NCBI GenBank assembly: GCA_019828565.1
Contig: JAHDYR010000062.1
Coordinates: 940,421-1,004,420 of the forward strand
Direction of reading: 5' to 3'
Length of the DNA stretch: 64,000 bases
Source of the DNA: Carpediemonas membranifera BICM
Lineage: Eukaryota; Protista; Fornicata
Shown: positions 1-10,978 of the stretch, in pieces
Layout: each line of letters begins with the position of its first letter
How positions within the stretch are numbered: position 1 is the first letter of the stretch
The notes under the pieces: model-generated
Database searches by the model: none
Told to the model about the DNA's origin: nothing
The model's input: only the letters and a program-made list of their open reading frames with translations
Position numbers and translations under genes: made by a program

Positions 1-1350
1 CCTCATTGCAATGTTTGTAGATGATACAAGCATCTCAGCCGAGACCCCGCAGCTCGCCGAAGAAGGCACAGACGCAGTGGTCAGGGTAATTGAAGCCCAT
101 GGACTCCAGACCAGCCCAGGCAAAAGTGTGGTGATAAGTACCGACGTAACTGCAGCGGTCAGCATCCAAGGAACTCCCACACTGGCGTCAGACTCAGCAA
201 GGTATCTGGGACTCTGGCTAGCCAGCGGGAAGAATCCGTTGGCAGCATGCATCAAAATGAAGACGTCACAATCCCGGAAATACCTAGCCCTGGCAGGAGA
301 GCAGGGTGGACCAAAGGATCCACCCCGGCCGCCACCTCGGAATCCATCCTCAGAACCTTCCTCTGGCCCAAGATCGAGTTCGGGATCGAGATCTGGGGCC
401 AAGCGCCAGGGGAAGAGCCATCTGGAACAACTGGCGCGGCCTAATGGCAGGCACAGGACCAGGGGGAGGAGGAGCCGCCCGTGTACTAATGGGATGGATG
501 TGCTGGGAGGCAGATATGGGGCAGAGAGCGGTGAGGCTCTATGAGTCTGCGCACGACCCGGACCGTCCGACCCCCCTAGGGAATCTGGACTGGGCGACAG
601 CGGAGAGAGGATCGGTCTTACATCGCCTCTACCAATGGCGACGGAGCGTCCTCCAGGGCACACAGGAGGAGATGCCCGCCAGGGAAAGAGCAAAGAGGGG
701 AGGCTGGACCCTCACAGCAGAAGAACTACTGCACACCGGGAGCCGAACGGCCAAAGGGGTGGCAACAGTACTAGCCCCGGAAGTCATCCTCAGCATGCAG
801 CAAGGGAAGAGACCCAAGAAACCAGGAATGATCAAGGGTGAGATGATAACCAGACGGGAAGTCAAGAGAGTAATCATGACTGCATCCAACACACTCCCCT
901 CCCCCAGCAACAGTGGCAGAAGCAGAGCCATACTTGGGAGCGCGATCGGCCAGCCCCAGGCCCTCCTGAGCAGGATCAAGCGGTGTTGCCCCCTATGTAC
1001 CCTGGACTCAGAAGGTGACACCATTACTCGCCTGTACACTGTCACCAGAACCGCGGCGGAAACCACCAAAAATCCTCTCAGAATGGGCATACAACCAGCC
1101 CCTGGGAACACAAAGCCACATCATCTGCCAATGCAAGGCGGTAGAACGCCCAGAAGGATGGAATGACATCCTGGCGGAGGCGCATCTACGCACACAGTAC
1201 CACGCCCTAAGGCAAGGGCAGGAGGCGGAGTGGTACAACTCAAGGGCAATCCTGGAAATGCTCTGGCTCCTCCGCAGCGAGGACCATACCGTCAGAGAGG
1301 GACTGCAGAACGGCAGACGTGCCCTTCTGAACCTCCGGAAAGACGGGTAA
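1..1350 (+). mobile_element. Non-LTR retrotransposon (LINE) ORF2, C-terminal half, frameshifted; 5' part lies outside the window
   Basis: RT catalytic motif 'AMFVDD', then 'GLQTSPGKS' and 'ARYLGLWL'. Thumb-like 'LRTFLWPKIEFGIEIW' is in another frame. CCHC-type knuckle is split over frames ('CPLC' ... 'SHIICQC'). At least 3 frame changes; stop at 1350. Confidence 0.85.
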
Positions 1351-2368
1351 GTACACCATCCCAGAATCCTATGACCTCTGGGACCAGGGTCAAACTGGGA
1401 CCCAACCCCCCGCCTCAACCGAAGCGGAGCGCTCCTGGGATCAGCGGGGGACGCAAGCCCCACGTATCCCGGTAGCACCCAGCCGCGGAAGGGGGACTCA
1501 ACCCCGAACACTAATCTCGCTAACACACAAACGCTCACCCATACTGGGAACGTAGACAACATTCAGCCGGCAGAACCGGCACACTCTTCACACGTATAAG
1601 AAATAACCCAGAGCCATAGGGCGGGGCACGTATGCACATGTATACACGTACGTGCGAGGTATCGGGGCGCAGCAGCCAAACAGGAGGGTAACCATAAGGC
1701 AACAATACCACCTGGGCGGCACCTGGACCAAATCAGAGCTGCGCCGAACGGCCCGGCACCCAAAACTTGGAACCAGCCGGAAGCTAGGAAGAAGCCCTAT
1801 AGGGAACAAATCCTTGAGGAGGGGATCCATGCCGGAACGGAAAGTGTGGAAGAGCCCGAACGCAGCCGTGAATCATATAGCTACCCAGCGATGATCGGTG
1901 GGTTTCATAACTGGCCCAATTGCGTGGTACGGCAAACGCCAAGCCCGAAACCGCTTCGGCGGGTGCCTGAAAAATTGCAAACTGGGTCGAATGGTATGGA
2001 GAACATATCCCTGAGAGGAGCCCTGTAGGGGGAAACCGAGCAGAAGGCCCCGGTGGCGGGTGTGCAGGGCAAGGCCTTGCGGGTGCCAGGCAGAACGGGG
2101 GCCCGAAGGACCCCCAAGAGTAAGACCTGGGTTATCCCGACTTTGGGGGTATCGGGCCAGCCAGTTGATAGGTCAACATGCAAGGGACTACCCAGCCTTA
2201 CCAGCTGGACCCTGACGGTGATGGTGCTAACGCCCCCAACGTAGTATCAGGCTCGCTCACGAAGGGAAGTCAACACGCTAAGGCGTTCCCGGGGACATGG
2301 GGTGGTGCAAACTGGTAATTCCCTGATTTACACAGGTGTACAGGATACGTTAAATTTCTTTCTTTCTT
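1351..2368 (+). other. Putative long structured 3' UTR of the LINE ending in a (TTTC)n tail
   Basis: No credible ORF. Many stem-loops, e.g. CCGC-TTCG-GCGG 1951-1962, GGGGGCC-CGAA-GGACCCCC 2097-2115, ACGC-TAAG-GCGT 2275-2286. TTTCTTTCTTTCTT at 2355-2368 abuts an unrelated integrase. Confidence 0.55.
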
Positions 2369-2608
2369 ACCAAGAGCACTTCAGCCGCGGAAGCCGCAAC
2401 TGCCATGCTCCACCTATGGGCTCAGTTCGGACTGCCCAAGCAGATTCAGACAGACCAAGGATCTCAGTTCCGCAACGCCTTCATCGCCGAGCTCAACCGA
2501 CACCTCACACTCAACCACCGCTTCAGCACGGCATACCATCCACAGTCCAACGGCATCGTCGAGCGGACCAACGGAACTATCATGCGCCGCCTCCGCGCAC
2601 TTCTGTAA
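2366..2608 (+). pseudogene. Retroviral-type (rve) integrase core fragment (Gypsy/Ginger/Polinton-like)
   Basis: 'TKSTSAAEAATAMLHLWAQFGLPKQIQTDQGSQF...STAYHPQSNGIVERTNGTI' carries the second D and the E of the DDE triad; truncated at both ends. Confidence 0.9.
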
Positions 2609-2622
2609 GGTAAGGTAAGGTA
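2605..2622 (+). repeat. (GTAAG)3 pentamer at the integrase/transposase junction
   Basis: gtaaggtaaggtaaggta read directly. Confidence 0.8.
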
Positions 2623-3233
2623 CGCTCAAGGTCGGTGACACCAGATGGATGGAAAGGAATCCAGAGGAAGCCTGGCGTTTCCGTTCATTCTACGCAACGG
2701 AGATTGCCCCGTACTATTCCACCGATCAAGTCTTCTTCCTCGACGAGACTAGCTTCGACCCCCGTCACCTGGCGGTCAAGCGAGTGCGCGGCCCAAAAGG
2801 CGTTAGGACATATGCTTGCCGCAAGGGTGGCCCGGTCGGCCAGCGTTACTCGGTGTGCGCGACTCTTGGCGTCGAAGGGATCAAGCACAGAGTCATAACG
2901 ACAGGTACATTTACTGCTGACAAGTTTCTAGACAATACCATAGAGTTGCTGGGGATGATACCGGGGTGCGTCCTCGTGATGGACAATGCCTCCATACACG
3001 CACTCAAGGGCAAGCTTGACGCCCTAATGCAACTCTATGATGTCCGCATCGTCTTCCTCCCTAAGTATTCGCCATTCTTGAACCCAATCGAGGTTGTGTT
3101 CGCGTGGATCAAGGCGTTTGTTCACACGCACTTTAAGGACATGGGGCGTTTGCCGGCAATACTCGCCGCCTTTGATGACGTTGCCAAGAAAAACATAAGA
3201 GGTCTCTACGAGAAGCATGGATATTCCCATTAA
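2619..3233 (+). mobile_element. IS630/Tc1-mariner superfamily DDE transposase (DD35E), N-terminal DNA-binding part missing
   Basis: 'FFLDETSF', 'LVMDNASIH', 'FLPKYSPFLNPIEVVFAWIK'; 35 residues between second D and E. The frame is open only back to the GTAAG repeat (first ATG 2649). Confidence 0.92.
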
Positions 3234-3239
3234 AGCTGT

Positions 3240-3689
3240 TTATTCTCTCAATTCTTGGCTGGATGCAACAGATAGAGCTGGCTGAGAAGGTTCGCTGCGC
3301 TCTGCTTCCTCCAAAGACGCAAGGAACGAGATAACGCGAGAGTACCACTCGGGCTTCACTGGGATGGAGATAAAGCCGTGCGACACTTCTCTCCGCGGTG
3401 CAGGCTGATAGTCAGAGGATGAGGGCGTCGAGTGCGGCTTCAGGAGACCGGCGGGAGGATTAGCGACAGTGGCATGTCCTCGCATGATCTCGAATGCCCA
3501 TGCGGCAATCATCCTTCCAGGGAGAGCCCGTGCAATCTCCGAGTTCTCCACCAACGTCCTCATTCCCTGTGTTATCGCGGAGTTATCAACATTACCATCC
3601 TCAGCTGTAGATAAAACATCTTTGAATGGGCATCCAGCCCTGTTGTGGTTCTTGCAGCTGCACAGGCTACACGTTACAGTTCTCACCAT
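3240..3689 (-). CDS. CCHC zinc-knuckle protein, convergent with the transposase
   Basis: N-terminal C-x2-C-x4-H-x4-C ('CSLCSCKNHNRAGC'); its stop lies 6 nt from the transposase stop. Confidence 0.7.
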   Translation of the reverse strand: MVRTVTCSLCSCKNHNRAGCPFKDVLSTAEDGNVDNSAITQGMRTLVENSEIARALPGRMIAAWAFEIMRGHATVANPPAGLLKPHSTPSSSDYQPAPRREVSHGFISIPVKPEWYSRVISFLASLEEAERSEPSQPALSVASSQELRE

Positions 3690-4531
3690 CTGTCGTCAAT
3701 CAAAAAGTTCCAGGCCTAATCAAAATGATGTTCATTTTTAGAGTAAAAGAGCAATACCAACACAAGTTATATTTCTGAAAACCGAATACACGGTGATACT
3801 GTTATCTATTAGCTCCAGTAGGGACCCAGGCCAGGTTTTGTACACCCTACCCGCTTGCCTCGGAATTCGGACATGCCGAAATTCTGAAATTCGAATACCA
3901 CCGCCCATTTTTGACGTATGAGATCAGTATCCCATGCCAAACCTCAGGACGGCATTCGTGTACCTTTTCCTGCCCTGTATCCATTAGATAACCACCCAAT
4001 TTCCTTTCACAATGTGCACTTTATGCTCGCAACGAGACTGAAATGGCGAACTTAAGAATAGAAAGAATACTGGCAGCTTTAACGTAGTAGGCATGCACAT
4101 ATCACTAAGAAACATCAGTAAGCGAGCGCAGAGCATCATTAAAGCAACAATTATCCCTAAACAACATCAACAACTATAAGTCCATCAGGACCAAACAATA
4201 TGAACTATAAATGGAGCACTGATCAGTATAGATGATTTGAGAGTACCAGGCATGGCCAGAATACCGTAATTATCGTCCGTTGATCCACGTGACCTCCATC
4301 TTGGTCGGTATCCAGAGAACGCCCGTCAGACGCTTGCAACGGAACATTTAGGGGGAGCATCCTGAATGGGGCCAGATTTGAGGGACCCTTGGTCTGACAT
4401 GTCATGACCGAGTACTCTAGGGGCCTCCACAGTGCGTCCCGAGGTACGTTATAGCACCACAGACCTTCCCCCAAAAGCTGACTCCTGGACCCCTTGGCCG
4501 GAGCTCGCCCGAAGCGTGCCTCGGCTTGAAC

Positions 4532-4671
4532 TAACGGCAAGAGAGCATAAAATCAGCCCTTTCGAACCGTGTTTTATGCTCTGCTGCCGTTATAGAATTA
4601 TTCAAAGGGCCCTCTCTTTGCGCTTTTTTTCTGGTTCGTGGGACGAAGTAGGGACGGACAAAAAAAGCACA
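4532..4671. repeat. Two adjacent inverted repeats at the left edge of the cargo block
   Basis: TAACGGCAAGAGAGCATAAAA (4532-4552) pairs with TTTTATGCTCTGCTGCCGTTA (4572-4592), 2 mismatches. TGCGCTTTTTTT pairs with AAAAAAAGCACA (4619-4671). Confidence 0.7.
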
Positions 4672-4794
4672 TACGGAAGGTATTGGAGGTACTGAGGCCG
4701 CCTAGGTACATAGTTGCCGTGTGGATGGTTTCAGTTTATTACTTTTGGCACTCTATGTCCATTTTTTTATGCTCTCTTGCTGATAGTGCCGAAA

Positions 4795-6919
4795 ATGGAC
4801 TTGCTAAAGTGGATTGAGAGCGCTAGCAAGGAACAGTACGATGCGATATTGGCTGCATACACCAAGGCAACCACCAATCATGCCAAATGTGCTGTTCTTC
4901 GCGCGGTTTTGCTGGATGAACGGAAACTGCTCGATCTAGTGATCAGGAAGCGTTTGTAGTCATAGCAATGCTTATATAGGAATCAACCTGAACCATATCA
5001 CCACGAAATTCCGCCTCACGAAGGACGAGAAGGAGGAGCTCCAGGATAAGTTGAAGAAGCAGTTTATGGCACTCGCCGGACCAAGAAGTTCCAAGAAGCT
5101 CGGCGCGCTGGCGAAGTGGGTTGACGACAACCAGGCTGATATCGTGTATAGCCAGGAGAAGCGCAAGGCGCGTAAGGCCATTATTGAGGCCATTGACGCC
5201 GAGGAGAAGGACAAGGGCAAGGGCAAGGCCGAGAGCGCTAAGAAAGAACCCGTCGACGATGAGAGTGGCGTGGACAGTGGTGAAGAGAGCGGCGTCGACG
5301 ATTCTGAGTTGTGCGACAGTGAGAGTGAGGTGGACTTTGACAACGAGTCCGACGATGAGATTAGAGAACGCGCGATCAAGCGCCGGCGCGAGAGAAAGAT
5401 CGCCCAGAAGCTCAAGGAGTGGGAGGACAATAACGCTCGCAACTACGTCCTGTGGCATAGAGTCCAGAAGGAGGTGCACGGCGAGCTTCGCATTCGCGCC
5501 TCTCGAGAGTCAGCTGCGGTTGCTGGGGACAACCACGTCGACGTCCAGTTCGACAGATACCTTCGCGTATCCAAGCTGCTCGAAATGAAGGACTGGATTC
5601 ACAAAGACCTCCCATCTCTTCCGATGGAGGCACGAGTGCTCCATCACAAGGCGCAGAAGAGAGTACTCGAGCTGGAGGAGACCGTCACGAGGCTGCTGCA
5701 AGACGTGGGGTACGCAGCTGACATCTCCATGGGTGCCAGCCCGACACCCGCGCCGTTTCGCCGCGACCTACCCCAGTCGGGCACACACCAAGCACGAACG
5801 AGTACCCCCCGCCGTACGGGGAAGAGCGACACAATCCACATGAAGCGCAAGGCCCTCATGACAATCCCTCAGAAGATCGCTGATGTCGATAACAACTCAG
5901 AGGAGTCAGACGAGGAGGAGATGGTGACAGAGGAGAAGAAGCGCGAGGCACACGAGGAGCTGGTGACAGAGGAGAGGAAGGGTGAGTCACATGAGGAGGA
6001 CGTGACCAAATGCGACGCCTGCATCCAGGCTGAGCCCGAGAAGGCCAGGCCAGAGGACTCGGAGGAGGAGTCAGAGGAGGAAGAGGAGCCAGTGGAGGAG
6101 GGTGAGGCAGAGGAGGAGGAGAAGCGTGAGGCAGATAAGGAGCAAGAGGCAGACAACGAGGTGGCATTCGAGGCTGAGTCGGACGTTGAATATGTCCAGG
6201 TCGACCACGTCGACCCAGCTTCCGAGCAGATGAGGAGCAGGGAAGTCAAGTTTAGAGTTGACGTCGCCAATCAGCTGGAGAAGAGCAAGCAGTGGGTCAG
6301 ATACAAAACCCTGCCCCACGGCAACTGTATAACACACTGCCTCATGATGATCGAGGGCGTCACGGAGCCTCATGCGTTCAAGAGCTGGGAGACGATGACG
6401 AATGAAGAGCAGTGTGCAGCGGAGACGAAGGCGGACAACTACCGCGAGCAGATATACAAGGAAGCGATAGAGATGAACCGGCGGGCCACTCCGGGGTACA
6501 GGCGGCCCGAGGAGGGTCTCCGGGACGAACTTTTCCATGAAGTGTGCAGTGTACACACTGTCACGGAGGAGGGCAACATCGGTAAGCCAATCATACAGGA
6601 GAAGTGGTTGACTCAGTGGGCTGTTGAAGCCTGGTGCTCAATGACTGGAAAGTCCGTTGCATACCTCCATGTTGTCCGGGATTTTGACCCAAAGATCGAT
6701 CCAGTCGTCGGCATGTACGTTTTTAGCAAGTCTGAGGAGGGCAAGGTGACACATGTCGCGTTTAAGCCCAACGAAAACGGCCAGAGCGCCCTGGCGTGTT
6801 TTGCCCAACAGTGTCGCGAGTGGGAAATCGAGTATGCGGTCGAAGTGACAAGGGGACACGCCACTCTGCGCAAGGTTCCTCCCGGGCTGAAGAGGAGGAG
6901 ATGTTCAGTGAAGAAGTAA
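4795..6919 (+). CDS. Acidic/coiled-coil protein with C-terminal OTU-like cysteine protease domain; intron 4952-4979
   Basis: A 28-nt GTTTGT...CTTATATAG intron joins ATG 4795 in frame to ORF 5051-6919. OTU-like motifs 'LPHGNCITHCL', 'KWLTQWAVEAWCSMTGKSV', 'TRGHATL'. AGTAAA at 6921. Confidence 0.7.
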
Positions 6920-7089
6920 GAGTAAAGGATTGATATACCGACCGTATCGCTTATGTTTATGTGACTTTGAGGTTGATTCGCGGTTTGTAGAGGGGTATGG
7001 TGCTATATTTCTCAGCCTGCTGTATATGTCTAGTCTACAGCCTGTATGCAGCTGTCTGTGGTGGTAAATATCGTCGGCTGGCCGAGAAA

Positions 7090-7329
7090 GCATAAACTGC
7101 ACACTTGTGCATTCGAGTACAGTGACGAAATCCCTCAATATGCTACCAGCAGTGCATTTAATAACCAATATCAACGCCGAGACGCGTGTAGTTCGGAGCC
7201 ATGTAGTTGTTTGCGCTCGTCTGTCCCCCTATTACCGAAACTGGTGCTGTACTCTAGAAAATCACTAACAACATCAATATCGAGCTAGAAGGCGATGTAA
7301 AGAGCCTCATTGGACAATATTATCTTGAT
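7090..7329 (+). repeat. 240-bp direct repeat A, copy 1
   Basis: Matches 10361-10600 with about 5 substitutions. Confidence 0.95.
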
Positions 7330-8175
7330 TTACTCCTCAGAAACGTCAGGCTCGGGTTCCCGACGCCTGAAAATATTGTTCTGAATTTCCCCGGTTGTAC
7401 GACCCCGCCCAGAGAAGGTTATCTCCCGTCGCACGCCCACAAACCCCGAGGTTTCCCCAGCCTCCAGCTCACGCAACGTATCGGTCAGCGGAACGGTGAC
7501 AGGCACAGGATACCCGATCCACTTGACAAGGCAGCGACGATTGGCATAGTCCTTGATCTGGACACTCTCGACGGCATAGTCAAGGCTCGTGTCGGTTAAC
7601 TGGAGGAACTTTTCAGGGCTGCCGAACGTGAATCTATCAACGTCGTCAGCAACGGCCCGAAGCAGCGGCTCATAGATCTCACCATCTAAAACGCCAGTAA
7701 TACGAGCCTCCGTCATGATGACCCAGACACTGGGGTTGCGCTCACCCACCCATGCGGCAAGGCGATCCAACTCAGTAAAAGTCGGGAAGACACACGCGGT
7801 ATCGAGGAAATCGTCTAGAGTCGGTGTCGTGTGCTTGGCCCTGACCATGTTAGCGAAGACTGACTGGTGTAGCGGGGTCACGAGCCTCTCATGAACGCGC
7901 AGAGTCGCTATTGCTGCCTCCTCGTTGAATGTGGCGTTGGAGTTCATGCCAAACAACATGCTCTGCACGTTGTACTGGATCGAAGCGCTGTAGCGGTCAG
8001 CACAGAGCCTCAGTGTGCTCGTTACCCACTTCTTACCCGCGGGAGACTGCGCGAAAGCAAGAATGACAGCTTTCCGGACCTTTTCCTTCTGAATCGTGAT
8101 GGAATTGATCTTAAGAGACTCAATAGACTTCATCTCCTTCAGAGCAACCAGTTGATACGCAATATCCAGTTCCAT
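7330..8175 (-). CDS. Hypothetical protein with C-terminal chromodomain-like module
   Basis: 'DYAVESVQIKDYANRRCLVKWIGYP' fits the chromodomain pattern Y-x-VE...LVKW-x-GY with the three cage aromatics. The stop overlaps AGTAAA. Confidence 0.65.
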   Translation of the reverse strand: MELDIAYQLVALKEMKSIESLKINSITIQKEKVRKAVILAFAQSPAGKKWVTSTLRLCADRYSASIQYNVQSMLFGMNSNATFNEEAAIATLRVHERLVTPLHQSVFANMVRAKHTTPTLDDFLDTACVFPTFTELDRLAAWVGERNPSVWVIMTEARITGVLDGEIYEPLLRAVADDVDRFTFGSPEKFLQLTDTSLDYAVESVQIKDYANRRCLVKWIGYPVPVTVPLTDTLRELEAGETSGFVGVRREITFSGRGRTTGEIQNNIFRRREPEPDVSEE

Positions 8176-8348
8176 CGAGCGTCAGGGATCAATAAAAATT
8201 GTCGGAAGCCGATTTTCGGAAAATTCTAGATCTTTTTGGGTGACATCGGGGATGTGGGCGCCAAGCACGAGGATCCCAGTGATGATGGGCCAGGTAGAAG
8301 GACCCTTGAACTTTTGAAAGCAATGAATTGTTGGGATCTCAATTTAGG

Positions 8349-9008
8349 TTAGGAGAGAACGGCGTCTAAGACATCGTTGATCTCCTCATACTCAGCCTCA
8401 GCAAGCATCTTCTCCAGACAGAAGGGGTAGAGGGCCATGGGCTTGCGTCCACGCCAGTACTGCTCGCCATACTCGATCGAGAGGTACTCGAACTTGGCAA
8501 TAGCGCGATCCGCCAAGTAAAGAATGACGGGAAGACGCTTCTTCTGGTCCCCCACCTGCACATTAACGTAGGCCGTCCCCGGTACGACGTTGTAGAAAGC
8601 GGCACCATCGTTGATCTTGTGACAGCCGAACGTGAGGCCGGCCGAGTCAACAGCAAAGTTGTTAGGCTTCTTGAGCCTCGTCACGTAGGTCGTGACTGCA
8701 CCAGGTTCGGGCTCGGGGATGATCTTGCCGCAGTATATGCCAATGACTGCGTCGTTGGGGATGCTCTTGTTGGTAAGGATACCATCGCCCACTGTCGGAC
8801 CCATAAGCGCATGCTGAGGCACCATGGCCAGATCTAGCTCGCTGTTGAAGCCATTCTTGTCCACTGTGACGGAGAACGTGGTGCTGTGGGCAGAACGAAT
8901 GCCTGCTTCATCACAGGCCGCAACAAATGACTCAAAGTCATCAGAGGAGTAGTATTGCTGGTATTCCTCCGCCGTAATCACAGTATCTGCCTTGTTGGTG
9001 AGCTTCAT
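8349..9008 (-). CDS. Stand-alone SET-domain lysine methyltransferase-like protein (start uncertain; ORF open to 9041)
   Basis: 'VGDGILTNKSIPNDAVIGIYCGKII', 'FAVDS', 'HKINDG' (NHS box variant), 'ADRAIAKFEYLSIEYGEQYW'; no pre- or post-SET cysteine clusters. Confidence 0.85.
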   Translation of the reverse strand: MKLTNKADTVITAEEYQQYYSSDDFESFVAACDEAGIRSAHSTTFSVTVDKNGFNSELDLAMVPQHALMGPTVGDGILTNKSIPNDAVIGIYCGKIIPEPEPGAVTTYVTRLKKPNNFAVDSAGLTFGCHKINDGAAFYNVVPGTAYVNVQVGDQKKRLPVILYLADRAIAKFEYLSIEYGEQYWRGRKPMALYPFCLEKMLAEAEYEEINDVLDAVLS

Positions 9009-9153
9009 GTTCTCGTTCGATTCGGTCACGCCGCAACACAAAATTTGGGCAATAAACAGTCATTTATGAAGCAAGATGCCGTGTGTAGACACGCTTGAGG
9101 TCTGGATCACTCGCATGTTCCACCCATTCCATGGTTTATTTAACGGTTTCCGA

Positions 9154-10279
9154 ATGAACGAAAGAGACGAAGAGATGGAAGGATCAAAGCGCCAGATCGT
9201 GCATGCATTGATTTGTTACTTCAGCATTGAGCCTAAGTATCGCACTGAAGGCGTTGTTGATGTTCTGAAGCACCGTGTTCACGAGAACGTCGTCGAGATG
9301 CTGACAGAGCGCAAGCAAAAAGCCTCTTGAGAGCACAAGCGATGTTGTGGTGGCTGCAGAGAACGTACAAGAAGCAGCAATCCCGTCTACGAGGCGCTTC
9401 GCACGTCGGAGCTGCCAAGTAGATGGTTCTATCACCAGGGAGGGACAGGCATCGGCCGAGGGTGTGGGCAAGGCTGGCGAAGAAGCATCAGGTGAGGGTG
9501 AGGGGCAGCCTTCGGCGAGCAAGAAGGACAAGAAGAAGAAGCCCAAGATTGATCTCACCCTTGAGACATTCGATGTTACCGCGGTGCTCAAGGAGGAGCC
9601 TTGGTATGGCGGCATTATCGCGCCAGTATCCAGTGCTATGACGACGCTTACTGTCATTCAGTCTGGCTACATGGATGAACACCGCCTGGAACTCATGCTA
9701 GAGACAATGACGTCTGGTGCAACACGCGAGATGATGCTGCGGATCATGATTGCTTGGCAGCTGGAGCTGTACACGATCGCAGGGAAGCGTGGAGCGATGC
9801 CCGTCGACGATGAGGGTAGGGTCGCCCGTCTTGACGCCGCAGCCGAACGTTTACGTGCCGATGTACTGGCTGGGCGCGTTGGCAAGAACACCTACTGTGA
9901 TGGCATCTACAAGCGCATCCACGAGATGAGTTCCATCAAGACCCACAATGTGCGGCGTAAGTACGCCAAAATGATCAAGTACGCCATTCTCTGGCCAAAG
10001 GAGTTCCGCGAGCTCGCCAGTCACCAAGCTGTGCCCCTAACCCTGGCCCATTCCGTGCTCATCTTCAGCCAAGCCTTTGATAACAGGCTGAACGCTGAGC
10101 TCGGGCATCTTCAAGACCAGGACCGAGATAAGATCCGGCACAACATTCTGAGGCTTGAGGAAAGCCAGGGTTTGGAGCAGACGAGCGACTTACTCTTCCG
10201 AGTCTTTGGTGTCACCCGTCCCGGCACAAGGAAGGCTCAATTGGTTACTCCGGAGAAGCGGGACAACGAGGCTGAGTGA
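9154..10279 (+). CDS. Hypothetical helical protein with NLS-like KKDKKKKPK; apparent 1-nt frameshift near 9317-9321
   Basis: ORFs 9076-9330 and 9347-10279 join if one A is removed from GCAAAAAGCC. Coding-like codon use; AGTAAA at 10284. Confidence 0.55.
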
Positions 10280-10360
10280 GAGAAGTAAAGTTTGATAATG
10301 ACTGACAGATCCCTGTTGTTTAGGACGCTGTTATCTCCCTTAAATGAGATTCCGGCAGAT

Positions 10361-10600
10361 GCATAAACTGCACACTTGTGCATTCGAGTACAGTGACGAA
10401 ATCCCTCAATATGTTACGAACAGTCCATTTAATAACCAATATCAACGCCGAGACGCGTGTAGTTCGGAGCCATGTAGTTGTTTGCGCTCGTCTGTCCCCC
10501 TATTACCGAAACTGGTGCTGTACTCTAGAAAATCACTAACAACATCAATATCGAGCTAGAAGGCGATGTAAAGAGCCTCATTGGACAATAATATCTTGAT
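10361..10600 (+). repeat. 240-bp direct repeat A, copy 2
   Basis: Matches 7090-7329. Confidence 0.95.
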
Positions 10601-10978
10601 CGTAGCCATTTATTGCTTTCAAAGTTCAACGCCGAGACAAACAAAGGGACAGATGAATCAAAACACCATTTACAGAACCCGGGGAGGAAACAGCTACGAG
10701 GAGGAGGCCCCACGGCAATGTCCGTGTCAAAGAGCGGCCGGGGAAGTGCGCCCGGAGAACGACAGCGCAAACGCAAGTAATATATTGCAAAATGCTTTAC
10801 TTGCGCTGGTGCTTCTCATGGGCCGCGCCCACCAACAAGGCCGTCCACTATCACGTGCTCAAGAACACCCCCTCCCAACACCAGGACGTCCTCCAGGACG
10901 TCGTTTCTGCTGTCATCCTTTCTCATTGAGCAGTTTAAGAACGAGAACAAGTCGCCACCGAACTGAGCGCTGGAATCG

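Noticed and set aside
2605-2630. GTAAGG...CTCAAG as an intron fusing integrase to transposase
   Set aside because: Splicing does not join the two coding frames and the acceptor lacks the -6 A consensus.
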